From Macrostomum lignano (taxonomy: Eukaryota), in assembly GCA_002269645.1 (NCBI GenBank), contig NIVC01001457.1:186001-250000 (forward strand): a DNA stretch of 64,000 nt. Reading direction: 5' to 3'. How positions within the stretch are numbered: the stretch's first letter is position 1; each line of letters begins with the position of its first letter. Positions 26,175 through 39,375 of the stretch are shown piece by piece. The notes under the pieces are model-generated. The model saw only the letters and a program-made list of their open reading frames with translations, did not search any database and was not told the DNA's origin. The position numbers and the translations under genes are program-made.

Positions 26175-27718
26175 ACTATTGAACTGATACTATTTGACTG
26201 ACACTGTTTAACTGACACTATTTGACTGACACTATTCGACTGACACTATTCGACTGACACTATTAAACTGACACAATTTGACTGACACTATTGAACTGAC
26301 ACAATTTGACTGACACTATTTGACTGACACTGTTTGACTGACACTATTGAACTGACACAATTTGACTGACACTATTCGACTGACACTATTTGACTGACAC
26401 TATTCGACTGACACTATTCGACTGACACTATTGAACTGACACAATTTGACTGACACTATTCGACTGACACTATTCGACTGACACAATTTGACTGACACTA
26501 TTGAACTGACACAATTTGACTGACACTATTTGACTGACACTATTGAACTGACACTATTGAACTGACACAATTTGACTGACACTATTGAACTGACACAATT
26601 TGACTGACACTATTTGACTGACACTGTTTGACTGACACTATTCGACTGACACTATTCGACTGACACTATTGAACTGACACAATTTGACTGACACTATTGA
26701 ACTGACACAATTTGACTGACACTATTTGACTGACACTGTTTGACTGACACTATTGAACTGACACAATTTGACTGACACTATTCGACTGACACTATTTGAC
26801 TGACACTATTTGACTGACACTATTCGACTGACACTATTCGACTGACACTATTTGACTAACACTATTTGACTGACACAATTTGACTGACACTATTGAACTG
26901 ACACAATTTGACTGACACTATTTGACTGACACTGTTTGACTGACACTATTGAACTGACACAATTTGACTGACACTATTCGACTGACACTATTTGACTGAC
27001 ACTATTTGACTGACACTATTTGACTGACACTATTTGACTGACACTATTCGACTGACACTATTTGACTGACACTATTGAACTGACACTAATGAATTGAAAC
27101 TATTTGACTGACACTATTTGACTGACACTTTTTGACTGACACTATTCGACTGACACTATTTGGCTGACACTATTTGACTGACACTATTCGACTGACACTA
27201 TTCGACTGACACTATTTGACTGACACTATTGAACTGACACTAATGAATTGAAACTATTTGACTGACACTATTTGACTAACACTATTTGACTGACACTATT
27301 TGACTGACACTATTTGACTGACACTATTCGACTGACACTATTCGACTGACACTATTCGACTGACACTATTCGACTGACACTATTTGACTGACACTATTCG
27401 ACTGACACTATTCGACTGACACTATTCGACTGACACTATTTGACTGACACTATTGAACTGACACTAATGAATTGACACTATTTGACTGACACTATTTGAC
27501 TGACACTATTGAACTGACACTAATGAATTGACACTTTTTGACTGACACTATTCGACTGACACTATTCGACTGACACTATTCGACTGACACTATTTGACTG
27601 ACACTATTCGACTGACACTATTCGACTGACACTATTCGACTGACACTATTTGACTGACACTATTGAACTGACACTAATGAATTGACACTATTTGACTGAC
27701 ACTATTTGGCTGACACTG
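26175..27718. repeat. 14-bp minisatellite (ACTGACACTATTTG), ~110 copies
   Basis: Directly visible. Confidence 0.98.
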
Positions 27719-28514
27719 TGCAGATGTCCCAAATGTCTACAGTGAATTTAACAATGCACCAGCACCAGTGCATGGATACTTTCGCTCGCCTTCACTCTGA
27801 TGTGCCTCAGTCAGTGCTGCATGAATTTCAATTTGCATTGTTGCCTTAAATAACTAATAATGACGAACAGAAAAGGCAAACAAACGAATAAAAGCAGACT
27901 ATTTTTAGATTTCCAGTTCATTCCAGTCGAAAACAGCTTTAGGCTGATTTCTATGCAGGAGTCGGTGTCGCAGACTGCTTCAATTCTGAACAAAGCAAGG
28001 CAGGTGCAAAAATTCCCAAAATTCACCAAATAATTAGACAGGGGTTCGCGGGCATGACTTCTCTATCGATCCTAACACGATGAAGTCCCCTGGAAACAGT
28101 GGAAATAATCGATTCACCTTTTCCTTGAAAAAAAGGATAAAAACCTCACTTGCCGTGTAGAGGCCACGTCTGATTGACAAATTACAAACTATAGAATTAC
28201 CAGTAAATATTTATGTACGCGTAGCAGATCACGCTGTTTGTCTACACTACATTTATAAGTGTATTTTATACATGTCGATGAGAGTTGCCAAAGAGTATCA
28301 AAAAAAGCAAACAGAAAAGCATGCGGGAAGTGAATTGGCGGACAAATCAAGAAGCAATTCAGACAGACAATTAACTTGGTTTTAAATTGAAGGAAAGACG
28401 GTTATTAAAATATATAATTCCTACAGCTGGAGTTGACGCAGGTCGCATGACGATCATCAAGGACGCGGAATTATCAGGCGAAAGAACAAATCAGCTTGAT
28501 AACCCGACCGTTAA

Positions 28515-29030
28515 CCCCTCAATGTGCACTTTGACAACCCCGACCACTCTCATCCCCGCCAACCCCTCAATGTACACTTTGACAACCTCAACCACCCTCG
28601 TCTCCGCCAACGCCTCAATGTACACTTTGACAACCCCAACCACCCTCGTCTCCGCCAACCCCTCAATGTACACTTTGACAACCCCGACCACTCTCGTCCC
28701 CGCCAACCCCTCAATGTACACTTTAACAACCTCAACCACCCTCGTCTCCGCCAACGCCTCAATGTACACTTTGACAACCCCAACCACCCTCGTCTCCGCC
28801 AACCCCTCAATGTACACTTTGACAACCCCGACCACTCTCGTCCCCGCCAACCCCTCAATGTACACTTTAACAACCTCAACCACCCTCGTCCCCGCCAACC
28901 CCTCAATGTACACTTTAACAACCCCAACCACCCTCGTCCCCGCCAACCCCTCAATGTACACTTTGACAACCCCGACCACCCTCGTCCCTCCCCGCCAACC
29001 CCTAAACGTACACTTTGACAACCCCGACGT
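28515..29030. repeat. 48-bp minisatellite (AACCCCTCAATGTACACTTTGACAACCCCGACCACTCTCGTCCCCGCC)
   Basis: Directly visible, ~10 copies. Confidence 0.95.
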
Positions 29031-29623
29031 AATATACAAAACTGAAATAAAATGCATAAATATTTGAATTAAACAGCAAAACAAAAAGCGCTACAAGTTT
29101 AAATAGCAACTTGGGTTGCCACGCAAAATACAGGCTCAAACGCTTTGCTAATTCAAACAAACTATGAAGAACAGTAAAATGCAAAGCAGGATAAGCATAT
29201 ATGATTATAATTAGACAATATAGGCTATAACAGGAATTCTAAACTGCTTTTAGCAAGTATGCAAGTACCGACAAGCGATATACAGTCAGAATTGCCTGTG
29301 ACTGCAACTTGATGCTCAAGAATGAATCACAGGATATTCTTCGCTCTATCTAAACAGTTTTAAACAGAAAATAACAGAGAAAACATTTGATTAATAAATT
29401 CCAAAATTAAATAGTACTACTTATACTAGTAGCACAATTTAACATTAGGCGGCATTTCTGTTCTTTTAGGAAGCAAAATCATTGGCAAAATTAGGAATTT
29501 ACTATTAAGCACGACTCATATACAAAAAAATAGCCGACAAGTTTCGTTTCTTAGAATAGTTTTTTGAAGGCCGGTCGTTAGCGCAAAAAATACACTACAT
29601 AGATGAAAGTCTTACTTGAGCAG

Positions 29624-32600
29624 TTACATCGCGGGAAAATATTCCAAATCTCCACAACCATCTTCGGCACCATCAAAGTGCGCATCCCCGTCGAAGTCTT
29701 CGCATCCGTCTTCGTCGGTGAGCTCCTCCTCAACCGCGGCACTGTTGGCATCGAGCCAGCGCCGATCGCTACTACCAATATCGTAACAATCTGATTCGGC
29801 ATCATCCAAATCTTCAGCTGCCGCGTCGTCTGATTCAAAATCGAAGGCTGGGCCGGCATCGTCCTGACCGGTCCCTGCTGAGGAGGGGCACAACTCGTCA
29901 AAGACAGCGTTGTCGTCCGATTCAAGAGCAGAGCCGACAGCCAGCAGTGATGGCTGGTGATGCGGCTGGCTAAGAGTCTGGGGCAGACTGGCCGGCCACA
30001 GCAGTTGCAGAGGTCGGTTCAAGTCAGTCAGCTGGATGTCGCCAAAGGGACCGGCTAAAACAGAGAGAATTAACGATTTAGGCTAAAAGTAAGTGCTTTA
30101 CATGTAGTTCTTGTCATAATCATCGGATAATGGCACACATGGATTATCAGATAATGACACATGTATTATCAGATAATGACACATGTATTATCAGATAATG
30201 ACACATGGATTATCAGATATGACACACATGGATTATCAGATAATGGCACCCGGATGCTCACCAGCTTTCCCCGAGCAGCTCTGCGCCCCGTTGGCAGTCT
30301 GCAGCGGTTCGGTCTGCGGCGCCGGAGAAGCCACTGCGGGCCAGAGCAGCAGGCGGCGCTGAAGATCCAAAGACGCCAAGGAGGTGCTGCATGGTGACCA
30401 AGCGAGACAGGCCACGGTGTCCCGATGCCAACGAATGTCCCACAGCGGCTGCACCGTCCCGGCGGCCAGGTCGAACACTCGAACGTGTCGATCCTCCCCG
30501 GCCACGGCCAGGAGCCGGCCGTCGCTAGGCGAGACGGCAACGCAGTTGACGCAGCCGCGCCAATCCCGGTTGCATAGCAACCGAACGCACCTGCCGCTGT
30601 TCAAGTCCCACAGACGGACAGTGGAGTCCAGGCCGGCTGTGTACATCAGCGAGCCGCTGGGATGAAAGCCGACTAGATCAACGTCGGTCACGTGACCGAT
30701 GAACTGCCGCAGAGGAGTCTGTCGATCGGTGCACCACAGGACCGCTGTGCGATCCTGCCCGCCCGTGGCAAACAGAGAGGCGTTGTACGGGTGCGTGTCG
30801 CAGCACCACACAGGACTGTCGTGACCTCTGCGGGTATGGGGGGTTTACGGGTTGAATATTTTGGCTGGTGAATATTGTAGATTGTTAAGATTCTAGTTGG
30901 TGAATATTGCAGATTGTGAAGATTCTAGCTAGTGATTATTGTAGATTGTTAAAATTCTAGTTGGTGAATATTGTAGATTGTTAAGATTCTAGTTGGTGAA
31001 TATTGCAGATTGTGAAGATTCTAGCTAGTGATTATTGTAGATTGTTAAAATTCTAGTTGGTGAATATTGTAGATTGTTAAGATTCTAGTTGGTGAATATT
31101 GTAGATTGTTAAGATTCTAGTTGGTGAATATTGTAGATTGTAAAGATTCTAGTTGGTGAATATTGTAGATTGTTAAGATTCTAGTTGGTGAATATTGCAG
31201 ATTGTGAAGATTCTAGCTAGTGATTATTGTAGATTGTTAAAATTCTAGTTGGTGAATATTGTAGATTGTTAAGATTCTAGTTGGTGAATATTGTAGATTG
31301 TTAAGATTCTAGTTGGTGAATATTGTAGATTGTGAAGATTCTAGTTGGTGAATATTGTAGATTGTTAAGATTCTAGTTGGTGAATATTGTAGATTGTTAA
31401 GATTCTAGTTGGTGAATATTGCAGATTGTGAAGATTCTAGCTAGTGATTATTGTATATTGTTAAAATTCTAGTTGGTGAATATTGTAGATTGTTAAGATT
31501 CTAGTTGGTGAATATTGTAGATTGTTAAGATTCTAGTTGGTGAATATTGTAGATTGTGAAGATTCTAGTTGGTGAATATTGTAGATTGTTAAGATTCTAG
31601 TTGGTGAATATTGTAGATTGTTAAGATTCTAGTTGGTGAATATTGTAGATTGTTAAGATTCTAGTTGGTGAATATTGTAGATTGTGAAGATTCTAGTTGG
31701 TGAATATTGTAGATTGTTAAAATTCTAGTTGGTGAATATTGTAGATTGTTAAGATTCTAGTTGGTGAATATTGCAGATTGTGAAGATTCTAGCTAGTGAT
31801 TATTGTAGATTGTTAAAATTCTAGTTGGTGAATATTGTAGATTGTAAAAAAAATTTCTAGTTGGTGAATATTGTAGATTGTTAAGATTCTAGTTGGTGAA
31901 TATTGTAGATTGTGAAGATTCTAGTTGGTGAATATTGTAGATTGTTAAGATTCTAGTTGGTGAATATTGTAGATTGTGAAGATTCTAGTTGGTGAATATT
32001 GTAGATTGTTAAGATTCTAGTTGGTGAATATTGTAGATTGTGAAGATTCTAGTTAGTGAATATTGTAGATTGTTAAAATTCTAGTTGGTGAATATTGTAG
32101 ATTGTTAAGATTCTAGTTGGTGAATATTGTAGATTGTTAAGATTCTAGTTGGTGAATATTGTGTAAGAGCCGAGAATTTAGAGTAAGTTTACGAAGTATA
32201 TTTTGATGCAAGATAATTTACGAGCGATTAAATAGTCAGCGATGATAGATCGATTAAAGTGACTCACCCAACTGGGGAGGCGGGCATGCACAGAGAAGAA
32301 AGCGAGATGCAAGTACATATACTAATAGAGCAGCCCCCACCCCGACGGCCCAAACCAAACGCAACCGTTCAATTGTATATTGTTTAAGATTCTAGTTGGT
32401 GAATATTGTAGATTGTGAATATTCAAGTTGGTGAAGATACTAGTTAGTGAATATTGTATTTGGTGATGATTTTAGTTTGTGAAGATTCTATTTGGTGAAT
32501 ATTGCAGATTGTGAATATTCAAGTTGGTGAAGATTGTACTTGGTGATGATTTTAGTTTGTGAAGATTCTAGTTGGTGAATATTGCAGATTGTGAAGATTC

Positions 32601-35600
32601 TAGCTAGTGATTATTGTAGATTGTTAAAATTCTAGTTGGTGAATATTGTATATTGTTAAGATTCTAGTTGGTGAATATTGTAGATTGTTAAGATTCTAGT
32701 TGGTGAATATTGTAGATTGTGAAGATTCTAGTTGGTGAATATTGTAGATTGTTAAGATTCTAGTTGGTGAATATTGTAGATTGTGAAGATTCTAGTTGGT
32801 GAATATTGTAGATTGTTAAGATTCTAGTTGGTGAATATTGTAGATTGTGAAGATTCTAGTTAGTGAATATTGTAGATTGTTAAAATTCTAGTTGGTGAAT
32901 ATTGTAGATTGTTAAAATTCTAGTTGGTGAATATTCTAGATTGTTAAGATTCTAGTTGGTGAATATTGTAGATTGTTAAGATTCTAGTTGGTGAATATTG
33001 TGTAAGAGCCGAGAATTTAGAGTAAGTTTACGAAGTATATTTTGATGCAAGATAATTTACGAGCGATTAAATAGTCAGCGATGATAGATCGATTAAAGTG
33101 ACTCACCCAACTGGGGAGGCGGGCATGCACAGAGAAGAAAGCGAGATGCAAGTACATATACTAATAGAGCAGCCCCCACCCCGACGGCCCAAACCAAACG
33201 CAACCGTTCAATTGTATTTTGTTTAAGATTCTAGTTGGTGAATATTGTAGATTGTGAATATTCAAGTTGGTGAAGATACTAGTTAGTGAATATTGTATTT
33301 GGTGATGATTTTAGTTTGTGAAGATTCTATTTGGTGAATATTGCAGATTGTGAATATTCAAGTTGGTGAAGATTGTACTTGGTGATGATTTTAGTTTGTG
33401 AAGATTCTAGTTGGTGAATATTGTAGATTGATAAGACTCTAGTTGGTGAATATTGCAGATTGTGAATATTCAAGTTGGTGAAGGTACTAGTTGGTGAAGA
33501 TTGCACTTGGTGATGATTTTAGTTTGTGAAGACTCTAGTTAGTGAATATTTCAGATGGTGAATATTCAAGTTGGTGAAGATTCCAGTTGGAGAAGATTCC
33601 AGTTGGTGAAGATTCTAGTTGGTGAAGATTCTAAATTGCGACATATTTGTTTAAATATGGTTTCCAGAGTATCGTTTCTAAGTTCCAGACTCGTGAACAT
33701 TAAACAGATCTACGTGTATTTAATTAGCAAGAATAGGGATGGTCAATGCCCTATATCCCGGGATAAATTCTGTAAACCACAAAGTTCAGACTATATAAAG
33801 TTACACCAGCTATTGCCCAACAGCAACTCACAGGTAAGACACCAAAGGCCACACAGCATGTTCTGTGACATGCTCCTCTGGATCCACCAGCAACTCTTCA
33901 TCCGATTCATCAATCGAAGCCGACACTTTACTGCACCGTTTAATAAAGCGTCGCTTCCGTCGCTTAAGCCGCAATCTCGAATCGGCGTCCTTGACAACCG
34001 GGTCGCCCTCATTGAAACCGGGCAGCCTCCACAGCAGCACCTTGGCATCGTCGCCAGCCGACACCAGAAACCTGCCCGGCTGCTCTGCACCCGACGCGAA
34101 TGCCACCGCGTGCGGACAGCCGGAGTGGCCGCGCAAACGCCAGCTAGCGAATGTCGACAATGACGACGATGTCGAATCCAGCCGACATTGGTGCACACGG
34201 ATGGAGCAATCATCGTAGCCGGAAGCGACCAGCAGGTGCTGCTGAAGGACAGCCGAGGAGCAGCAGGTCAGACCGGCGCCAGCCACGTGCTGCAGGCTGG
34301 CTCTCCAGACGGTTGGCAGAACCGCTGAGCTTGTCGTTGTCGACGACAACGTAGTTGTCGAATAGTTGGAAGCTGACGCGGATGCTGAGACGGATGATGC
34401 AGCTGCTAGCAAGTTTGCCAAGTCGGGCAAATCGCGGAGCTCAGCGTCGATTCGTCGAGCTTTGGCCGTCGCTGCTGATGCCGCCGCTGCCGCGGCTGCT
34501 GTCGATGTCGCATTCGACGATATGGCCGCAGACGGCACTGGAGGAGCAGTGGCGGAGCTGTGCTCAAGTTTGACATCAGCAGGCCGAACCAATCGGAAGG
34601 CTCGCCAGGCCAATTCCAGCGATTCAGCCGCTTCGAATGCCCGACTCAGTTCGGCTTCCTCATCGGGAGTCACCCCGATTGGCGCTACGGCCGAGGCCGG
34701 AGGCTGGCACAGCTGATGAAGCTCCGTGCGGCCGCAGGTTCGAACCCATTCGCGTAGGGCGCCAAGCTGGCGGGCGGCGTGATGCTGAAGAGGCTGGCGG
34801 TTTACCGTGGCCAGGTGAGACTCCAGGAATGCTGTGGCTGTACGATGCAGCGGTGAGGAATAAAATAGCACTTTGATTGATACTTACAGTAGGAGATTGA
34901 GTTTTATTTAACTTGTAGCTATTAATCAGATGGAATTTTTATTTAGATGGGATCTTTTAGGTTTAGATGGGATGTTTTAAGTTCAGATGGGATCATTTGA
35001 GTTTAGATGGGATCCTTTGAGTTCAGATGGGATCATTTGAGTTTAGATGGGATCCTTTGAGTTCAGATGGGATCTTTTGAGTTTAGATGGGATGTTTTGA
35101 GTTCAGATGGGATGTTTTGGGTTCAGATGGGATCATTTGAGTTTAGATGGGATCCTTTGAGTTCAGATGGGATTCCTTTGAGTTTAGATCGTATCTTTGG
35201 AGTTCAGATGGGATGTTTTAAGTTCAGATGGGATGTTTTAAGTTCAGATGGGATCCTTTGAGTTCAGATGGGATGTTTTAAGTTCGATGGGATCCTTTGA
35301 GTTTAGATCGGATCTTTGGAGTTCAGATGGGATGTTTTGAGTTCAGATGGGATCTTATTGAGTTCAAATGTAATTTTTTTAGAGCTCAAATGGGATCTTT
35401 TGAGAGTTCAAATGTGATCTTTTGAGAGTTCAAATGGGATCTTTTGAGAGTTCAAATGGGATCTTTTGAGTTCAGATGGAATTTTCTAGGGGTTTCAGAT
35501 GAGGCTTTATGCACTATCTGATATCTATGGTGCCTATTTAGGTAATTAAAAGTACATCGTTAATAAATAGTCACCTGCAGTCAAATCGCTGTTATGCAAC

Positions 35601-36226
35601 TCGTAATAAGCGTGCAGAAACAGCGGGTAGGCCACGTCCCACAGCTTGGCGGGATTTGAAAAATGCTGGGTCAGAGCCGAATAAAGTCTGCAACAGGCAA
35701 GAGGCTCAAACTATGATTTCTATGAGTTGAAGCATATTTCACCTAAAAATACATTTCACATCCGTCAAAATCTTTCACAAGCTTGAAAAGTCGGCATGTA
35801 CTCTCTGTGTCTTGGGGGTTCCTCGGCGTGCCACACACAAGCCCCAGGCACTCACCGCTGATACTCCATGGCCAGCTCCAGTGGGCTGAGCTGCTCAGCT
35901 CGCAGCACCTGTTGCACAGTGCCAGCAGACCGATAGGAAGCGGCAAGCGCAGCCGCTGCCAAAGCCGCAGCCGAGTGACTGACGGGGACTCCGCCTGCCG
36001 CAGCCTGCTGCTGCTGCTGCTGACTGACATCTCCAGAAGTTGCGCCACTGGCATTCGGCTGCCGATTTCTGCCAGAAGAGCCCGACAATCGGTTGCGCGA
36101 TTTCGCCGCCTTGTTGGCGACCGGGGCGCCGGCGCTGGCGCCAGCGAAAGCGCCTTCGTGAGACACCCTGTTGCCGCTTGTCCAATCAAGCAGTGCAGCA
36201 ACTGGCCAAGAGGCGGCTGATGAAGA
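29624..36226 (-). CDS. TAF5/TAF5L-family protein (NTD2 + WD40 propeller + acidic tail), five exons, start uncertain
   Basis: Exons: (36226 or 35869)-35856, 35687-35575, 34837-33832, 30827-30262, 30054-29624, with phases 2,1,2,1 all consistent. NTD2-like: YQRLYSALTQHF...LWDVAYPLFLHAYYEL...ATAFLESH. WD40 matches to TAF5: LGHDSPVWCCDTHPY...FATGGQDRTAVLWCTDRQTPLRQFIGHVTDVDLVGFHPSGSLMYTAGLDSTVRLWDLNSGRCVRLL. I cannot separate TAF5 from TAF5L by eye. Confidence 0.82.
30130..30250. repeat. Short ~21-bp intronic tandem repeat (ACATGGATTATCAGATAATGAC)
   Basis: About five copies visible. Confidence 0.9.
32162..32371. mobile_element. Solo-LTR-like insertion, copy 1 (210 bp, TG...CA ends, 4-bp TSD ATTG)
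   Basis: ATTG|TGTAAGAGCC...AACCGTTCA|ATTG; inserted inside a satellite unit. Confidence 0.65.
33001..33210. mobile_element. Solo-LTR-like insertion, copy 2 (identical by eye, same ATTG TSD)
   Basis: Same ends and flanks as copy 1, 839 bp downstream. Confidence 0.65.
34930..35490. repeat. ~20-bp intronic minisatellite (GAGTTCAGATGGGATCCTTT)
   Basis: Directly visible. Confidence 0.93.
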
Positions 36227-37299
36227 CTGAAGGAGTCTGGGAATAGTATAACTAGTGATTAGGTCACAACGCCAAATGATGATGCAGCTCTAATTAAATG
36301 AGTAAATAAGTAGAAGAAATAAAACACTTCTCAAATAAGAACTAATTGCACAGTTAGAGCTAAGCTTATATTAAGATATATTTTAATTAAACACTGCCAA
36401 CAATATAAGGTATACGCCGTGTACTAAAAGCAATAAAATTAATTAACACATACGTATTTTTATTGATAATTTATTACAAAGGAACGCGACAGCAGAAAAG
36501 TACACAATATAAGATTAGGCATATACAGTTTTTACAAACTAATTAATTGTACACTGCTAGTTCAGTAGTAACGATAGAAAAAACGCATTTCGATACACTT
36601 ACTATACTACTTATATTACGCAATAAGATTTGCACGAATACGGGACACGATTTGAGACAGGGGAGTTATCATGGTCCCTAGGAACATGACGGCTCTGCAC
36701 CAGACCAAAGGTGTTTATTAAAAGAGATTCTTTAGAACCACGCAAAATCGTCATCTGATTACAATGAGGAACTCAATGCAAACAACTTTTTTTAGAAATT
36801 AAATACGTAACCAGATGGTAAACAAAGCAAACGTTTTACCAGGTAAAAAATTTACAGGCATACATAACTTATTAAAGTTGAAACGACACCAACTCCAGTG
36901 CAACAGCAAAGCAACCAGAACAAAACAAGAATCCAGTAAAAGAGAAAGGGTCTACAAGAAATAAAAAATGTACACAATGTACTTTAAAAATCGTAAAACG
37001 TATGTACTACTCGTAAGCATACTCAAGCGTATTAAAAACGTCAATTCAATTTGCTGAAAATCGTTATCGTAAAGTATTTAGGAGCTAATAAAAATTTAAT
37101 AAAACGATAATTAATGACAAAGAAAAGACACCAAAAGCTGCATTGCAGATTTTTTAATTTGAACAAATTTGAACTGCAAAGTTAGAAGTAATAAAATCTA
37201 TTGTATGCGAGCTTTACTATTACTCATTAACCAGTGCACCTGATATGCCTGTACTGCAGTTTTTTGTGATTAGCAATCCATTACAGCATTGGGATTTAG

Positions 37300-37515
37300 G
37301 GAAGCGATTATCGGAATAGATTAGGAGAACGGATTCGAGATCTGGATTAGGGGAACTGATTAGAGACCTGGATTAGGGATTGGATTCGAGATCAGGATTA
37401 GGAAATTAGATTAGAGATCTAGATTGAGGGATTGGATTAGAGATCCAGACTAGGGGATTGGATTAGAGATCTAGACTAGGGGAACAGATTAGAGATCTAG
37501 CTTAGGGATAGGGTT
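37300..37515. repeat. Degenerate repeat (GGATTAGAGATCTAGACTAGGG-like)
   Basis: Recurrent GATTAG/GAGATCT motifs. Confidence 0.6.
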
Positions 37516-37709
37516 AGAAGGAATCAACACAACCTAAATGTAGATCAACTAAAGCATTACAGGAAAGATTAGTAATGAAGTGTAGAACTGCATTAATATT
37601 CAGTGGCAAACGGCGAATAATTGGTTTATGTTTTGGTACATAATTCTCTCAACCAAATACAAATACAAGTCGCTAAATAATTATTCGATCAATCAATTTG
37701 ATTGATAAG

Positions 37710-39375
37710 TTAATCGTAATATTCTTCAATAGGCTCTGATTTGGTTGGGGCAACAGCGAGGGCGCCAGAGCCGGATGATGAGGCGGCAGAGGTGCCCACA
37801 GACACCTGCGGATGCAGCACAATCTGGAGCGTGAGCTTCGGCATCTGGCTTTGCTCTTGCTGCTGCTGGGCTGCCGGCTTAGGCAAAAGCTTCGGCGGCT
37901 GTCGGGATCGCTGCTGAGAGGTGGCCGCCTCCTCCTCAGCGGCAGCGGCGGGGCGTTTCAGAGCCGGCTCTTGGGCGGCAGACCGGACACTCGAGATCGA
38001 CAGCTTGGAGTTGCGACGCTTGTTGCTGCCGCTGTTGGCCGCAGATGCTGGGCCAGTTCCGCTAGCAGCGACGGCGGCAGCTGCAGCAGCACGCACGTGT
38101 GTCAGCTGATGCGAAGTCAGACGGCAAGGCCTGGTGAAGGTTTTGCCGCAGGTTGGGCACTGGTGCGGACTGTCGCGGGAATTGTGCGTGAACATGTGCG
38201 TCTTGAGAGTGCTGGACTGGGTGAAGGTGCGGCCGCACTCCCGACAGGTGTAAGGCCGTTCGCCAAGGTGTATCAGCATGTGCTGCTTCAGGTAACTGGC
38301 CTGAGAATGGATCAACAATGATGGGATAAGAGTTTGACAGCTCTGTATTAGAATGAAAACGGTGAAAACGGTACCTAGGGTCAAGAAGCGTCCTAGAGAC
38401 TCTTTTTCGTCTATCATGACACAAAAGCCTTAATTTTGTAGGGTGCCCGACACTAACCCAAAACACTTACCGTAATCTAACAAAAACCCGAACTTGGTCA
38501 ACTTAATTTGTGGTGGCTTCTTAACTTGAAATTTCCTGGCCTTTTGAATGATTTTCAATGCACATTCTCAAATTAACATTTTAATCCATACTTTTCAGCA
38601 GTGAAAGGGAGCTAAAATTCAAAACTTGTGCTGTTTGCTGTGAGAATTTAAACTTGGCAGATAAGAAGCTACTGCCACCTACAGCCCCAGACGTTTCCCT
38701 TGCAACTTTTACAGATGCTTATATTACAGGTGAATTTTACCGAATTACGGTCGAATTATAATTCCATAAATCGCAACAACAGACCTGGGAGAACATCTTC
38801 CTACAGACGCCGCACTCCAAGTTTCTCTGATCCGAATGGCCAAGCATGTGTCGCAGCAGTGAGGCCCGAGACCCAAATGGTTTTGAGCAAACCAGACACA
38901 GCTGCCGACTATTGCCGCTGGCTAACGCAGCCTCCACCTCTCGCTCTTCATCATAATCGTCATCGTCATCATCATAGTCGTCGTCTTCTTCGACTTCAGC
39001 CTCCACTCGACGGGCGGCAGCTGCGGCCACGGCGGCAACCGCTTGGCACTCGCTGCCGAGCACGTGCTGCTCAAGTTTGTTGGGATCACTGAATGATGAA
39101 CCGCAGGCTTCGCAGCGATACAAAAGCTGCTGCTGCTGCTGCTGCTGCGCAAGATTATTGCCTCCATCGCACAGCATCTCAACAGAGCAGTCCAACAGTT
39201 CAGACTTGAACGCAGTTGAAGCTCCAGCAGTGAGACCGCGCCCAGGCTTAGCTGACAGAGCACTGGCTTCCTCTAGAGACTTTTTCTCCTGTTTGATCCT
39301 GGCCGACAGCTCTGCGCCCAGCTTTTGCTCACTGGTGCGATTCTGTTTGCTGATTAAACTGAGCGATTCAGCCAT
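37710..39375 (-). CDS. C2H2 zinc-finger transcription factor, two exons
   Basis: Exon 1 is 39375-38785 (donor GTCTGT) and exon 2 is 38300-37710 (acceptor TTCTCAG), phase 0. The splice completes a finger: CGVCRKMFSQ|ASYLKQHMLIH. Other fingers are CLVCSKPFGSRASLLRHMLGH, CRECGRTFTQSSTLKTHMFTH and CPTCGKTFTRPCRLTSHQLTH, with a GERPY linker. An isolated finger-like motif CEACGSSFSDPNKLEQH lies upstream. Confidence 0.88.

Larger units (their letters stand above)
30865..33630. repeat. 32-bp intronic minisatellite (GATTCTAGTTGGTGAATATTGTAGATTGTTAA)
   Basis: Period 32; interrupted by two 210-bp inserts. Confidence 0.97.

Noticed and set aside
32162-33210. Intact TRIM/LTR retrotransposon formed by the two 210-bp copies
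   Set aside because: Each copy has its own TSD, the interior is host satellite, and I saw no PBS or PPT.
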